Shown here piece after piece: positions 8,354-16,222 of a stretch of 64,000 bases of DNA. Below the pieces are notes generated by a model that saw nothing but the letters and a program-made list of their open reading frames with translations, was not told where the DNA came from and did no database searches. The first letter of the stretch is position 1, and every line of letters begins with the position of its first letter. This DNA is from Alphaproteobacteria bacterium (GTDB taxonomy: Bacteria; Pseudomonadota; Alphaproteobacteria; MPNO01): contig OZ220750.1 in the NCBI GenBank assembly GCA_965117055.1, positions 301,440-365,439 of the forward strand. The letters are read 5' to 3'. The position numbers were made by a program, and so were the translations under genes.

Positions 8354-9410
8354 CCTTGAAACTAGATCGATCTATACTTGTTTGTCAAGTCACGAGACCA
8401 GATCGGTATACCTCAGCCGCTTCCCGACCATACCACGCGCCAGCGCGGACATCTGCGCCACGGTGTCGAGATCGCGCAGGTTGTTCCGGCCGGCGAATTC
8501 CCGGACATAGCGGTGCAGGTGCTTCGGGCTCCAGTGATGGTAGGTCCCGTGGTAGCCCCGTTTCAGGAGAGACCAGAAGGCTTCCATGCCGTTACAATGC
8601 GCGGCCCCTCGGACATACTCCCCGGCGCCGTGATTGACGGCCTCATGGTCGAACCACGCATCCAGCACGCCATAGGCCGACGCCTCGTCGGTGTAGACCT
8701 TCGCACCCGGCGCGGCGTGTTCGGCAACGAAGCCGGCCGTATGCGGTGAAATGGTCGCCGGGATCGGGCGGGCCGCGACCCGGTTCGTCGCGCGGTCCTT
8801 CGCACCAACCACGGCGGTTTTCCCGACCGCGCCGCGGCCGGTGCCCGCCAGTTCCTTCCGCTTCGCGTTGCTCATGTTCTTCCGCTTGCCGCCGATGTAC
8901 GTCTCATCGGCTTCGACCGGGCCGGGGAAAGGCATGTCAACGCCTTCGTCGAACGCCTCGCGGATGCGATGCATCAGGTGCCAAGCCGTCGCCTGCCGCA
9001 TCCCGATGTCCCGGTAGACCTTCATGCTGGCCGTGCCCTTGATCCCGGTCGTCGTCAGGTACAGCGCGATGGCCCATTTCTGGAGCCCGAGCTTGCTCGA
9101 CTGCATCACCGTCCCCTTGCGGACGGAGAAGTGATTGCGGCAGTCGCGGCAGCGGTAGGGCATGGGCTTGCGGGTCTTGACGCGAACCGTGTTCGTCGAT
9201 CCGCAGTCCGGGCAGAACCGGCCCTCGGGCCACCGCTGTTCCTCGAACCACGCCTCGGCCGCTGCGTCGTCGGGGAACATCCGCAGCAGCTCAATAACCG
9301 TCAGCCCCTCTCTGTGCAACCTTCCCGGACCTTTCTTCGCCATCTTCCGTCCCCATCGCGCCGCCCTGTTATGGCTAGTTATATGGGGATTATTCTGTTG
9401 GATTCAAGGC
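8354..9410 (-). mobile_element. IS1595-family insertion sequence (ISXO2-like), about 1.06 kb; ends approximate
   Basis: Contains a single transposase gene of the right size for this family; putative short terminal inverted repeat CCTTGAA at 8354-8360 and its complement at 9404-9410; boundaries uncertain. Confidence 0.5.
8390..9343 (-). CDS. IS1595-family transposase (N-terminal zinc-ribbon + ISXO2-like DDE domain)
   Basis: N-terminal CPDCGS...CRDCRNHFS zinc ribbon; downstream ISXO2-like region with DEASAY and HTNxIEsfW-like (HCNGMEAFWS) motifs. Confidence 0.8.
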   Translation of the reverse strand: MAKKGPGRLHREGLTVIELLRMFPDDAAAEAWFEEQRWPEGRFCPDCGSTNTVRVKTRKPMPYRCRDCRNHFSVRKGTVMQSSKLGLQKWAIALYLTTTGIKGTASMKVYRDIGMRQATAWHLMHRIREAFDEGVDMPFPGPVEADETYIGGKRKNMSNAKRKELAGTGRGAVGKTAVVGAKDRATNRVAARPIPATISPHTAGFVAEHAAPGAKVYTDEASAYGVLDAWFDHEAVNHGAGEYVRGAAHCNGMEAFWSLLKRGYHGTYHHWSPKHLHRYVREFAGRNNLRDLDTVAQMSALARGMVGKRLRYTDLVS

Positions 9411-9525
9411 AGGATCACTGGAAATCGAGATGCGGCCCATTGCCTCACCACGCTTGCAGACGCGTGGGGCCGATGATTAGATATGACGAGCGTGGCCATA
9501 TCGGCCACTGGGTGTTAGGGAGAAG

Positions 9526-9786
9526 ATGATGTCGGATGGACCACTGGCGCAAGAGGCTGCGGTCTATCGGCGCAACCTCAAGGACTGGGCCGAGCACGAG
9601 TCGGAGTATGTGCTCATCAAGGGCGAAGAGGTCTGCGGCTTCCACTCCAGCTATGAAGATGCCCTCAAGGCTGGATATGAGAGATTCGGCCTAGAGCCAT
9701 TCTTCGTGAAGCAGGTCAGTGCGGTCGAGCAGGCTCACCACATTACCAGGTTCGTTGAGCCATGCCGCACTTCACAAGCCCAATAG
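9526..9786 (+). CDS. hypothetical small protein (86 aa), partner of downstream aspartic protease
   Basis: Strong SD AGGGAGAAG before ATG; overlaps next gene by 25 nt. Confidence 0.45.
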   Translation: MMSDGPLAQEAAVYRRNLKDWAEHESEYVLIKGEEVCGFHSSYEDALKAGYERFGLEPFFVKQVSAVEQAHHITRFVEPCRTSQAQ

Positions 9787-10205
9787 AGGGAGCGGGCCCA
9801 CTTCTCAACGTATTGTTTACTGTCAGCGCGGCGCGGCTGGAAGTTCTGAAAAGACTAGGCGCCCCCGTACCAAGTCCCCAGATCGTCATGGGTCTGCTGG
9901 ACACAGGTGCTAGCAATACCTGTGTTGACCCGAGTGTACTCCAAGCTTTGAGCCTGACGCCGACCGGGGAGTCGTCGATGCTGACTCCGTCTACCAAGGA
10001 CGGGCCGGTTCCGACCGACGAATACGATTGCGGTCTGATTATCTATGCGAGTTACACAGAGACCCCTTATGTGGTTCGCAATCTTGCCGTCTCGGAGACG
10101 CCGCTTCTCCGTGGAGGCTTCCAAGCCCTTATCGGGCGAGATGTTCTGGCAAATTGCGTTCTCACCTATAACGGAGCAATCGGCCAATATACCTTGGCCT
10201 TCTAG
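9762..10205 (+). CDS. retropepsin-like (clan AA) aspartic protease, 147 aa
   Basis: Catalytic motif LLDTGAS and downstream ALIGRDVL (retropepsin flap/dimer motif); size typical of single-domain bacterial retropepsin-like proteins. Confidence 0.6.
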   Translation: MPHFTSPIEGAGPLLNVLFTVSAARLEVLKRLGAPVPSPQIVMGLLDTGASNTCVDPSVLQALSLTPTGESSMLTPSTKDGPVPTDEYDCGLIIYASYTETPYVVRNLAVSETPLLRGGFQALIGRDVLANCVLTYNGAIGQYTLAF

Positions 10206-10221
10206 TTGGGATGGGCGCTTT

Positions 10222-10351
10222 GGCTAGTTAAGCGTATAAGCCCCTTTGTTTTTGTTTCCAGCGCCCTAAAAACTCGTGGATGGTCGGCCTTCGCCGACCA
10301 TGACGGTCAGGAGACGGGGGTAAAGGCGCTTCTATCTGAAACGGACAGGCT
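10222..10351. repeat. Right terminal inverted repeat of the 5.1-kb island (core 10222-10304)
   Basis: Reverse complement matches 5181-5243 nearly identically except a roughly 20-bp insertion; same ATGGTCGG-N7-CCGACCAT hairpin. Confidence 0.55.
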
Positions 10352-10433
10352 CTAGGGGGGCGAGAGCCCTCCAGGCTCCGGATGAGGCCAATCGCGTCCC
10401 CCGGGGACGCGAAATTAGTCCCGTTTCGGGACT

Positions 10434-10526
10434 ATGTTTCACGTGAAACATTTTTGGCCGTTTGGCGCGGTTTCTTAACGTAATGGATAAGGCAGCAAGG
10501 CTGACCTTTGTTTCACGTGAAACATT
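10434..10526. promoter_or_regulatory. Two copies of a perfect 16-bp palindrome TGTTTCACGTGAAACA (10434-10449 and 10511-10526), 77 bp apart; candidate regulator binding sites
   Basis: Exact duplicate, perfectly self-complementary 16-mers with CACGTG core; located between island right border and the stop of the TPP decarboxylase beta gene. Confidence 0.4.
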
Positions 10527-10535
10527 GGGCCGGCC

Positions 10536-11141
10536 TCAGACCCTGGCGTCGAAGATCCTCACGCCGTAGGTGCGTTCCAAGTAGCGGCCGAAGCGGAACT
10601 TGCATTCCGGGCCGTCCATCGGCGGGTCGGGCAGCGCGGCGCCGAGCGGCTCCACGTCGAGCACCACGAAGGCCTCGCCGTTGACCCGCTCGACTTCGTC
10701 CATGCCGGTGCGGAGGTCCGCGAGCGTGCCGAAACGGAAGACGTTCCGCAGCCCGCAGGCGCGGGCGAGCGCGGCGTAGTCGGTCTCCCCCTCATCCGCC
10801 ATGTCGACCTCGAAGGTGGCGCCGTAGACCCCGTTGTCGACCAGGAAATGGGTGAGGTTGGGAAGGCCCAGGCGGCGTTCCACCGTCAGCATGCCGGGGT
10901 TCATCAGGAACGCGCCGTCGCCGGAGAACGCCCAGACATTGGCCCGCGGGATTCCGTAGGCGATGCCGGCGGCGAACAGCGAGGCGAGGCTCATCGAGGC
11001 TTCGAGGTAGAACACCTTCTCGGTCTCGCCGGTGAGCTTCCACCACATCTCCGACGCGTTGCCGGCGGAGGTGACGACGACCTGGTCGGTCCAGCGCTCG
11101 ACCAGATGGGCGAAGCAGGCCTCCATCTGCATCGCCATCAC
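10536..11141 (-). CDS. TPP-dependent decarboxylase, beta subunit (sulfopyruvate/phosphonopyruvate decarboxylase ComE-like)
   Basis: TPP-binding GDG-X-N-like region (AFSGDGAFLMNPGML...VDNGVYGAT); start overlaps stop of alpha-subunit gene. Confidence 0.7.
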   Translation of the reverse strand: MMAMQMEACFAHLVERWTDQVVVTSAGNASEMWWKLTGETEKVFYLEASMSLASLFAAGIAYGIPRANVWAFSGDGAFLMNPGMLTVERRLGLPNLTHFLVDNGVYGATFEVDMADEGETDYAALARACGLRNVFRFGTLADLRTGMDEVERVNGEAFVVLDVEPLGAALPDPPMDGPECKFRFGRYLERTYGVRIFDARV

Positions 11142-11656
11142 GCGCTCTCCCCGTAGAGCAGGTCGCGGGTGAAGCCGACCACCACGGGGCGCGAGATGGT
11201 CCTGGAATGGGCCACGGCGCGGCCGATCTCGTCCAGCCGGTCGCGCCGCTCGATCACCGTGTAGGGGAGGTCGATCGACTGCATGACGGGTTCGAGGTAG
11301 AGCCCGTTCGAGACGTGGAACTTGGCGCGGTCGCCGATGCGCCCCCGCATGGTGATGAAGATCGTCATCGGCACCATGTAGGTGTAGTTGATCTTGGTGA
11401 TCGCGTAGATGCAGGTCATCAGCCCCGACGCGCCCATCAGGGCGAGCGAGCCCCGGCCGCCGAAGAACGCCCCGGAGCACAGCCCGACCGCCGATTCCTC
11501 GCGGTTGACCGGGATGTGGTCGAACCGCGAATCCGCCTCGAACTCCTCGATCAGCGCGGCGATCCAGCCGTCCGGCAGGCTGGCGACGAGCTCGATTCCC
11601 GCGCCGGCCGCCCGCTCCGCGATGGCGGCCGCGATCTCCCGGCTGGGCCCGGCCAT
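11138..11656 (-). CDS. TPP-dependent decarboxylase, alpha subunit (ComD-like, pyrimidine-binding domain)
   Basis: About 170-aa TPP-enzyme N-terminal-domain homolog, same split architecture as archaeal/bacterial ComDE. Confidence 0.7.
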   Translation of the reverse strand: MAGPSREIAAAIAERAAGAGIELVASLPDGWIAALIEEFEADSRFDHIPVNREESAVGLCSGAFFGGRGSLALMGASGLMTCIYAITKINYTYMVPMTIFITMRGRIGDRAKFHVSNGLYLEPVMQSIDLPYTVIERRDRLDEIGRAVAHSRTISRPVVVGFTRDLLYGESA

Positions 11657-11665
11657 CGGCGCCTC

Positions 11666-12382
11666 CTAGAGGTCGCTCACCCCGGCGCGGTGGCGGAGAT
11701 ACTGCCACGCCCGGTTGACCGATATCTCGCTGGTGAAGGTGGCCGAGCAGTGCTCGATCTCGGCATCGGAGAGATACGTGACCTCGCCCATCCGCATCGC
11801 CTCGCGCTGCAGCTCGGCGGCGACCTGGAGATAGACCGAGGTCATCGTCGATTGCTGGTGCGAGGCGCCCGCCACCACGCAGCCGTGGCCGCGCATCAGC
11901 GCCACCCGGTTGGCCCCGAGGCAGTCGGCGAGGTCGCGCCCCTGGTCCATGTCCACGACCAGCAGGTTGGTTTCGCCGAAATTGTCGCGGATGTCCCACA
12001 CCGGGATGTCGGCGCCGATCGCCGCGCCGACATGGATGATCGGCCGCAGCCTCACCCCGGTCACCCCGAACGGGATGACCGCGTGCGAATGGTTGTGGAC
12101 CACCGAGTTGACGTCGGGCCGCTTCTCGAAGATCGCGCCGTGGATGAAGCGCTCGGCATAGGGCACGCGGCCCGAGTCGTCGACCGGCTCGCCGTCGAGG
12201 GTGAACTCCATGATGTCGTCGAGGGTGACCAGCTCGGGCGCGCGCGAGCACGACATCAGGTAACGCTCCGGATTGTCCGGGTGGCGCACGGTGACGTGGC
12301 CGTAGGCGTCGACCACCCCTTCCCGCGAGAGTATGCGGTTGGCGACCACCACGTCGCGCATCGCCTGAAGCACATCGCTCAT
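11666..12382 (-). CDS. class II aldolase/adducin-family protein
   Basis: About 238 aa with His-rich metal site (HNHSHAV...H) typical of class II aldolase/decarboxylase fold; first gene of aldolase-comD-comE operon. Confidence 0.7.
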   Translation of the reverse strand: MSDVLQAMRDVVVANRILSREGVVDAYGHVTVRHPDNPERYLMSCSRAPELVTLDDIMEFTLDGEPVDDSGRVPYAERFIHGAIFEKRPDVNSVVHNHSHAVIPFGVTGVRLRPIIHVGAAIGADIPVWDIRDNFGETNLLVVDMDQGRDLADCLGANRVALMRGHGCVVAGASHQQSTMTSVYLQVAAELQREAMRMGEVTYLSDAEIEHCSATFTSEISVNRAWQYLRHRAGVSDL

Positions 12383-12818
12383 CCCGGAACCTCCCCGACT
12401 GGCTTCGCGTGAATGCCCGTCGGCGGTCTTACCATGCCGGGCCCCGCGGTGCGAGCACGCAGCCCCAATCGCGGGCGGGCTTGCGCCAGATCAATCGGGT
12501 TTGTAGCGGAATGACTACGATGCCCCGCCCCGCACGCCCTTCCAACCCGATCATTATAAGAAAATCCAATGATGACTCTCAGAAAACGGTATTAGTTTTT
12601 ATATGGGGAAAGGCATAGAAGGGTCGACAGGAGTTTATGGGGCAATGCCCACACCGGCGTTTGAAGAGGAAGAACGGAAATGAACCGGAAGCGAATGTTC
12701 GAAACGCGACTCGACGGATCGGCGAACAGGACACCGGAACCGCCCGATTGAGCCCGGGCAAACCAGATCGCCGGCGGGACGAGAACCGCCGACGCATCGT
12801 CGCGAGGAGGATGCAGAA
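12383..12818. promoter_or_regulatory. Divergent promoter region between aldolase operon and lysR-type regulator; unusually AT-rich stretch 12540-12620
   Basis: Only extended AT-rich segment in otherwise about 70 percent GC context, between divergently oriented genes; LysR regulators typically bind such regions. Confidence 0.4.
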
Positions 12819-13820
12819 ATGCCCGTAACCTTACGTCAGCTGCGCTATTTCCAGGCCCTGGTCGAACACGGCTCGTTCAGCCGCGCGGCCGAGAGCGTAC
12901 ATGTCTCGCAGCCCGCGCTCTCGCTCCAGATCCGCGAGCTCGAAGCCTCGCTGGGCGGACCGCTCGTCGAGCGGGAAAGCCGCGGCATCCGGCTCACCCG
13001 GCTGGGGCGCGAAGCGCACGAGCAGACGCTCAGGATCCTCGACGAGACGCTGCTGCTCGAGACCATGGGGAAACGCTTCGAGGACGGCCCGCTGCGCTTC
13101 GCCGTGGGAATCCTGTCCACCCTCGCGCCCTATCTGTTGCCCGGCCTGCTCGAACGGCTTGGGGCCTCGTCGCCGCGCGTCGAGCTCAACGTCATGGAAT
13201 TGTCCGGTCAGGAGCTCGTGGCCGATCTCCTCGCGGGCCGTCTCGACGCGGCGATCGTTTCGCTGCCGCTCGGCCTGCTGGAACTGCCCGAGAGGGAGCT
13301 TTTCGAGGACCGCTTTCTGCTCGCCGGCCGTGCCCGGCGGCTCGATGCCCTCCGCGCGCTCGGCGATGCGCCGCAACCGGCGGACCTCGCGCGGGCGGAT
13401 ATCGGACCGTTGCTCACGCTCGGCGACGGCCACTGCCTGGCCAGCCAGGTCCTCGGGGCCTGCTCGATGTGGCGCATTCAGGAAGTGCGGCGCGGCGCGG
13501 GGTCTCTCGCCACGCTGTCGAGGCTCGTCGCCGGCGGCGCCGGTCTGACGCTGCTGCCGGAATCCGCCGCGCTCTGCGAACAAGCCGCCGCTCCGGAGCT
13601 GAGCTTCCTCCGCTTCGGCGCGCCCGAGCCCTCGCGACAGATCGGCCTCGCACATCGCGCGGTCTATCACGGCCAGCGATGGGTCGATCTCCTGGTCGAG
13701 GCTGCCTCGGACGCGGGCCAGGCGCTCGTGGAGGAGGCCAGGAGCACCATCGGCGCGCCTTCCGGGAAGCGCCGCCCGCGCAGGGCTGCCGCCCCCGCCC
13801 TGGCCGCGGCGAAAGCGTAG
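12819..13820 (+). CDS. LysR-family transcriptional regulator
   Basis: N-terminal HTH LRQLRYFQALVEHGSFSRAAESVHVSQPALSLQIRELE and LysR substrate-binding domain; divergent from aldolase operon. Confidence 0.85.
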   Translation: MPVTLRQLRYFQALVEHGSFSRAAESVHVSQPALSLQIRELEASLGGPLVERESRGIRLTRLGREAHEQTLRILDETLLLETMGKRFEDGPLRFAVGILSTLAPYLLPGLLERLGASSPRVELNVMELSGQELVADLLAGRLDAAIVSLPLGLLELPERELFEDRFLLAGRARRLDALRALGDAPQPADLARADIGPLLTLGDGHCLASQVLGACSMWRIQEVRRGAGSLATLSRLVAGGAGLTLLPESAALCEQAAAPELSFLRFGAPEPSRQIGLAHRAVYHGQRWVDLLVEAASDAGQALVEEARSTIGAPSGKRRPRRAAAPALAAAKA

Positions 13821-13872
13821 CCCGCATATTCCGATCCTATCGGGTCAGGACGGCCGGTCCACCCTCCCCCCA

Positions 13873-13973
13873 CCCCTCCCGCAAGCCCCGGACTGCGATC
13901 CGGGGCAAGCGGGAGGGGAGAAGGTAAGGAAAGGTCGGCGCCGCAACTCTCCCTCTCCCCAGCGGGGAGAGGG
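13873..13973. repeat. REP-like palindromic elements (hairpin 13873-13918 with 19-bp stem; hairpin 13951-13973), followed by an 11-G homopolymer (13983-13993)
   Basis: cccctcccgcaagccccgg...ccggggcaagcgggagggg and ccctctcccc-agc-ggggagaggg; same family recurs inverted at 18744-18847. Confidence 0.6.
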
Positions 13974-14085
13974 CCGGGGTGAGGGGGGGGGGGCTCGCCG
14001 TCGACGGGACCGGACGGTCAGGGTATGGCCGTCCCGCGTCGGATCGACCCTCGACTCGAACGGATAATCGGCCGCCCGGCGCGTA

Positions 14086-14967
14086 TTACCCCGCCTCTTG
14101 CCCCGCCCTCCATTCGAGGAAATGGGCGACGATCTCCTCGCCGGTGGCGAACCAGACGCCGTCGTGGCTCCGGACATGGGCGAGCGCCCGGTCGAGCGCG
14201 CCGATCCGGTGCGGAACCCCGACGATGTAGGGGTGAAGCGAGACCGTGGCGACGCGCCCCGACACCGCGCTTTCGGCGTAGAGCACGTCGAAGGCGCGGC
14301 GGATCATGTGTTCGAAGTCGTCGGCGGTGAACCCGTTTCCCTCGAACGCCTGCTTGTCCGAGACCCCCGCGCCGTAGGGCATCGAGACGATCGTCTTGCC
14401 CGCGACCTCCATGGCGACCGGCTGGTCGTCCGAGTCCCAGTCGACCACGTAGCGGCAGCCCTCGGCGACCAGCCTGTCGAGGGTTCCCCAGGTTTCCTGG
14501 CGTCCCGCGCCGAGCCAGCCGGTCGGGCGGCGTCCCGTCGCGCGCTCGATGCGATCGAGCGTCCTGGCGACGATGCCCCCGGCCTCTTCCTCGGACCCCG
14601 CCTCGTTGAGCCGCCGCGTGTTGCTCTCGCAATGGCCCATCAGCTCCCAGCCGAGCCGCAGGCACTCGTCGACGATGCGCGGGGCCGCGTCGCACACCTC
14701 GCTGTTGAGCGCGACCGTGCCGGGAACGCCGTGGCGCTCCATCGCCTCCATCATGCGGAACACGCCGACCCGGTTGCCGTAATCCCGCTTGCCCCAGGCC
14801 GACACGTCGGGGATCAGGCCTGGGCCGTCCGGCATCCGCTCGTCCAGCGCGAAGACCTCGATATTGGGGACGACCCAGAACGCGATCCGCGCCCCGCCCG
14901 GCCAGGTCAAGGGCGGCCGGTCGACGATCGGCTCGTAGGGGTAGGGGCCGTAGGCGCGGGGTTCCAT
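14086..14967 (-). CDS. polysaccharide deacetylase-family protein (PuuE/allantoinase-like)
   Basis: N-terminus MEPRAYGPYPYEPIVDRPPLTWPGGARIAFW and NodB-like deacetylase core; upstream in-frame codons in the track are probably not translated. Confidence 0.65.
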   Translation of the reverse strand: MEPRAYGPYPYEPIVDRPPLTWPGGARIAFWVVPNIEVFALDERMPDGPGLIPDVSAWGKRDYGNRVGVFRMMEAMERHGVPGTVALNSEVCDAAPRIVDECLRLGWELMGHCESNTRRLNEAGSEEEAGGIVARTLDRIERATGRRPTGWLGAGRQETWGTLDRLVAEGCRYVVDWDSDDQPVAMEVAGKTIVSMPYGAGVSDKQAFEGNGFTADDFEHMIRRAFDVLYAESAVSGRVATVSLHPYIVGVPHRIGALDRALAHVRSHDGVWFATGEEIVAHFLEWRAGQEAG

Positions 14968-15083
14968 CGTCCTCCCCGTTCCGGGTGCGGCGCCGATTGT
15001 GGCGTCCGCGCCGGCGCGTTGCCAGACCCCGGGGCGGGCCGCAATATGGCGCCACGCGCGCGGCAAGGAAGAGGGCCTGCCCC

Positions 15084-15509
15084 ATGAGCAAGCTGGCGAA
15101 GAACACCACGGCGACCGTCGTTCCGGCGCTCCGCTACCGGGACGCGCCCGCCGCCATCGAATGGCTCTGCGCGGCGTTCGGCTTCGAAAAGCACCTCGTC
15201 GTGCCGGGCGAAGACGGGACCGTCGCCCATGCCCAGCTCGTCTTCGGCAACGGGATGATCATGCTGGGCTCGGCCCGCGACGACGAATTCGGCAAGCTCC
15301 AGCAGCCGCCCGACACAGTGGAGAGCCCGGTGTCGCAGAGCGTCTACGCGATCGTGGACGACGTCGACGCGCACCACGCCCGCGCCGTCGCCGCCGGGGC
15401 GCGGGTGGTCATGCCGCCGGAGGACCAGGATTACGGCGGGCGCCTCTACGCCTGCCGCGATCCCGAAGGCAATCTCTGGAACTTCGGCAGCTACGATCCC
15501 TGGGAATAG
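15084..15509 (+). CDS. VOC/glyoxalase-bleomycin resistance family protein
   Basis: About 140-aa paired beta-alpha-beta-beta-beta module typical of VOC superfamily. Confidence 0.6.
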   Translation: MSKLAKNTTATVVPALRYRDAPAAIEWLCAAFGFEKHLVVPGEDGTVAHAQLVFGNGMIMLGSARDDEFGKLQQPPDTVESPVSQSVYAIVDDVDAHHARAVAAGARVVMPPEDQDYGGRLYACRDPEGNLWNFGSYDPWE

Positions 15510-15535
15510 CCGCGCGGACGCGGGGGAGGCCCATC

Positions 15536-16165
15536 ATGACCGCCGAGATCGTCTTCTATACCAATCCGATGTCGCGCGGGCGGATCGTGCGCTGGATGCT
15601 GGAGGAGCTGGCGGTTCCGTACCGCACGGAATTCCTGGAGTACGGGCCGCCGATGAAGTCGCCGGACTATCTCGCCGTCAACCCGATGGGGAAGGTGCCG
15701 GCGATCCGCCACGGGGAGACGGTGGTCACCGAGGCGCCAGCGATCTGCGCCTATCTGGCGGACGCCTTCCCCGAGGCCGCGCTGGCGCCGCCGGCGGGAG
15801 AACGGGGCGCCTATTACCGCTGGCTGTTCTTCGCCGCCGGACCGCTCGAAGCCGCCGTGACCAACCGCAATTTCGGCCTCGCCCCGCCCCGGGACAAGGA
15901 GGCGATGGTGGGCTACGGCAATTTCGCCCTGGTCATGGACACCCTCGAGCAAGCCGTCGGCGCCGGAGGCTACGTGGCCGGAGAAGGCTTCACGGCCGCC
16001 GATGTCTATGTCGGCTCGCACATCGCCTGGGGGCTCCATTTCGACCTGATCGAGAAGCGTCCCGCCTTCGAGTCGTACTGGTCGCGGCTCAAGGGACGCG
16101 AAGCGTATCTGCGGGCCACGGCTCTCGACGACGCGGCGGGCGGCGGCACGGATGCCGATGACTGA
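15536..16165 (+). CDS. glutathione S-transferase
   Basis: N-terminal thioredoxin-like GST domain (IVFYTNPMSRGRIVRWMLEEL...KVPAI) and C-terminal helical domain. Confidence 0.75.
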   Translation: MTAEIVFYTNPMSRGRIVRWMLEELAVPYRTEFLEYGPPMKSPDYLAVNPMGKVPAIRHGETVVTEAPAICAYLADAFPEAALAPPAGERGAYYRWLFFAAGPLEAAVTNRNFGLAPPRDKEAMVGYGNFALVMDTLEQAVGAGGYVAGEGFTAADVYVGSHIAWGLHFDLIEKRPAFESYWSRLKGREAYLRATALDDAAGGGTDADD

Positions 16166-16222
16166 CACGTGGCGTCCGGGCCGGGACTTTCGGTATTCAC
16201 GAAGGCGGTGCGGTGCACTCCC

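Noticed and set aside
8117-8359. 80-aa plus-strand ORF MGPGIGRGIGRTGG...
   Set aside because: It has no SD and is Gly/Arg-rich low complexity. It overlaps the better-supported minus-strand leader ORF and its promoter region.
8354-9410. Longer terminal inverted repeats for the IS1595 element
   Set aside because: Only a 7-bp CCTTGAA match could be identified at the putative ends; the exact IS boundaries remain uncertain.
13983-13993. 11-G homopolymer as phase-variation switch
   Set aside because: It lies in a 3' intergenic region between convergent genes, not in a promoter or coding region; more likely part of REP-associated sequence or a sequencing-prone tract.
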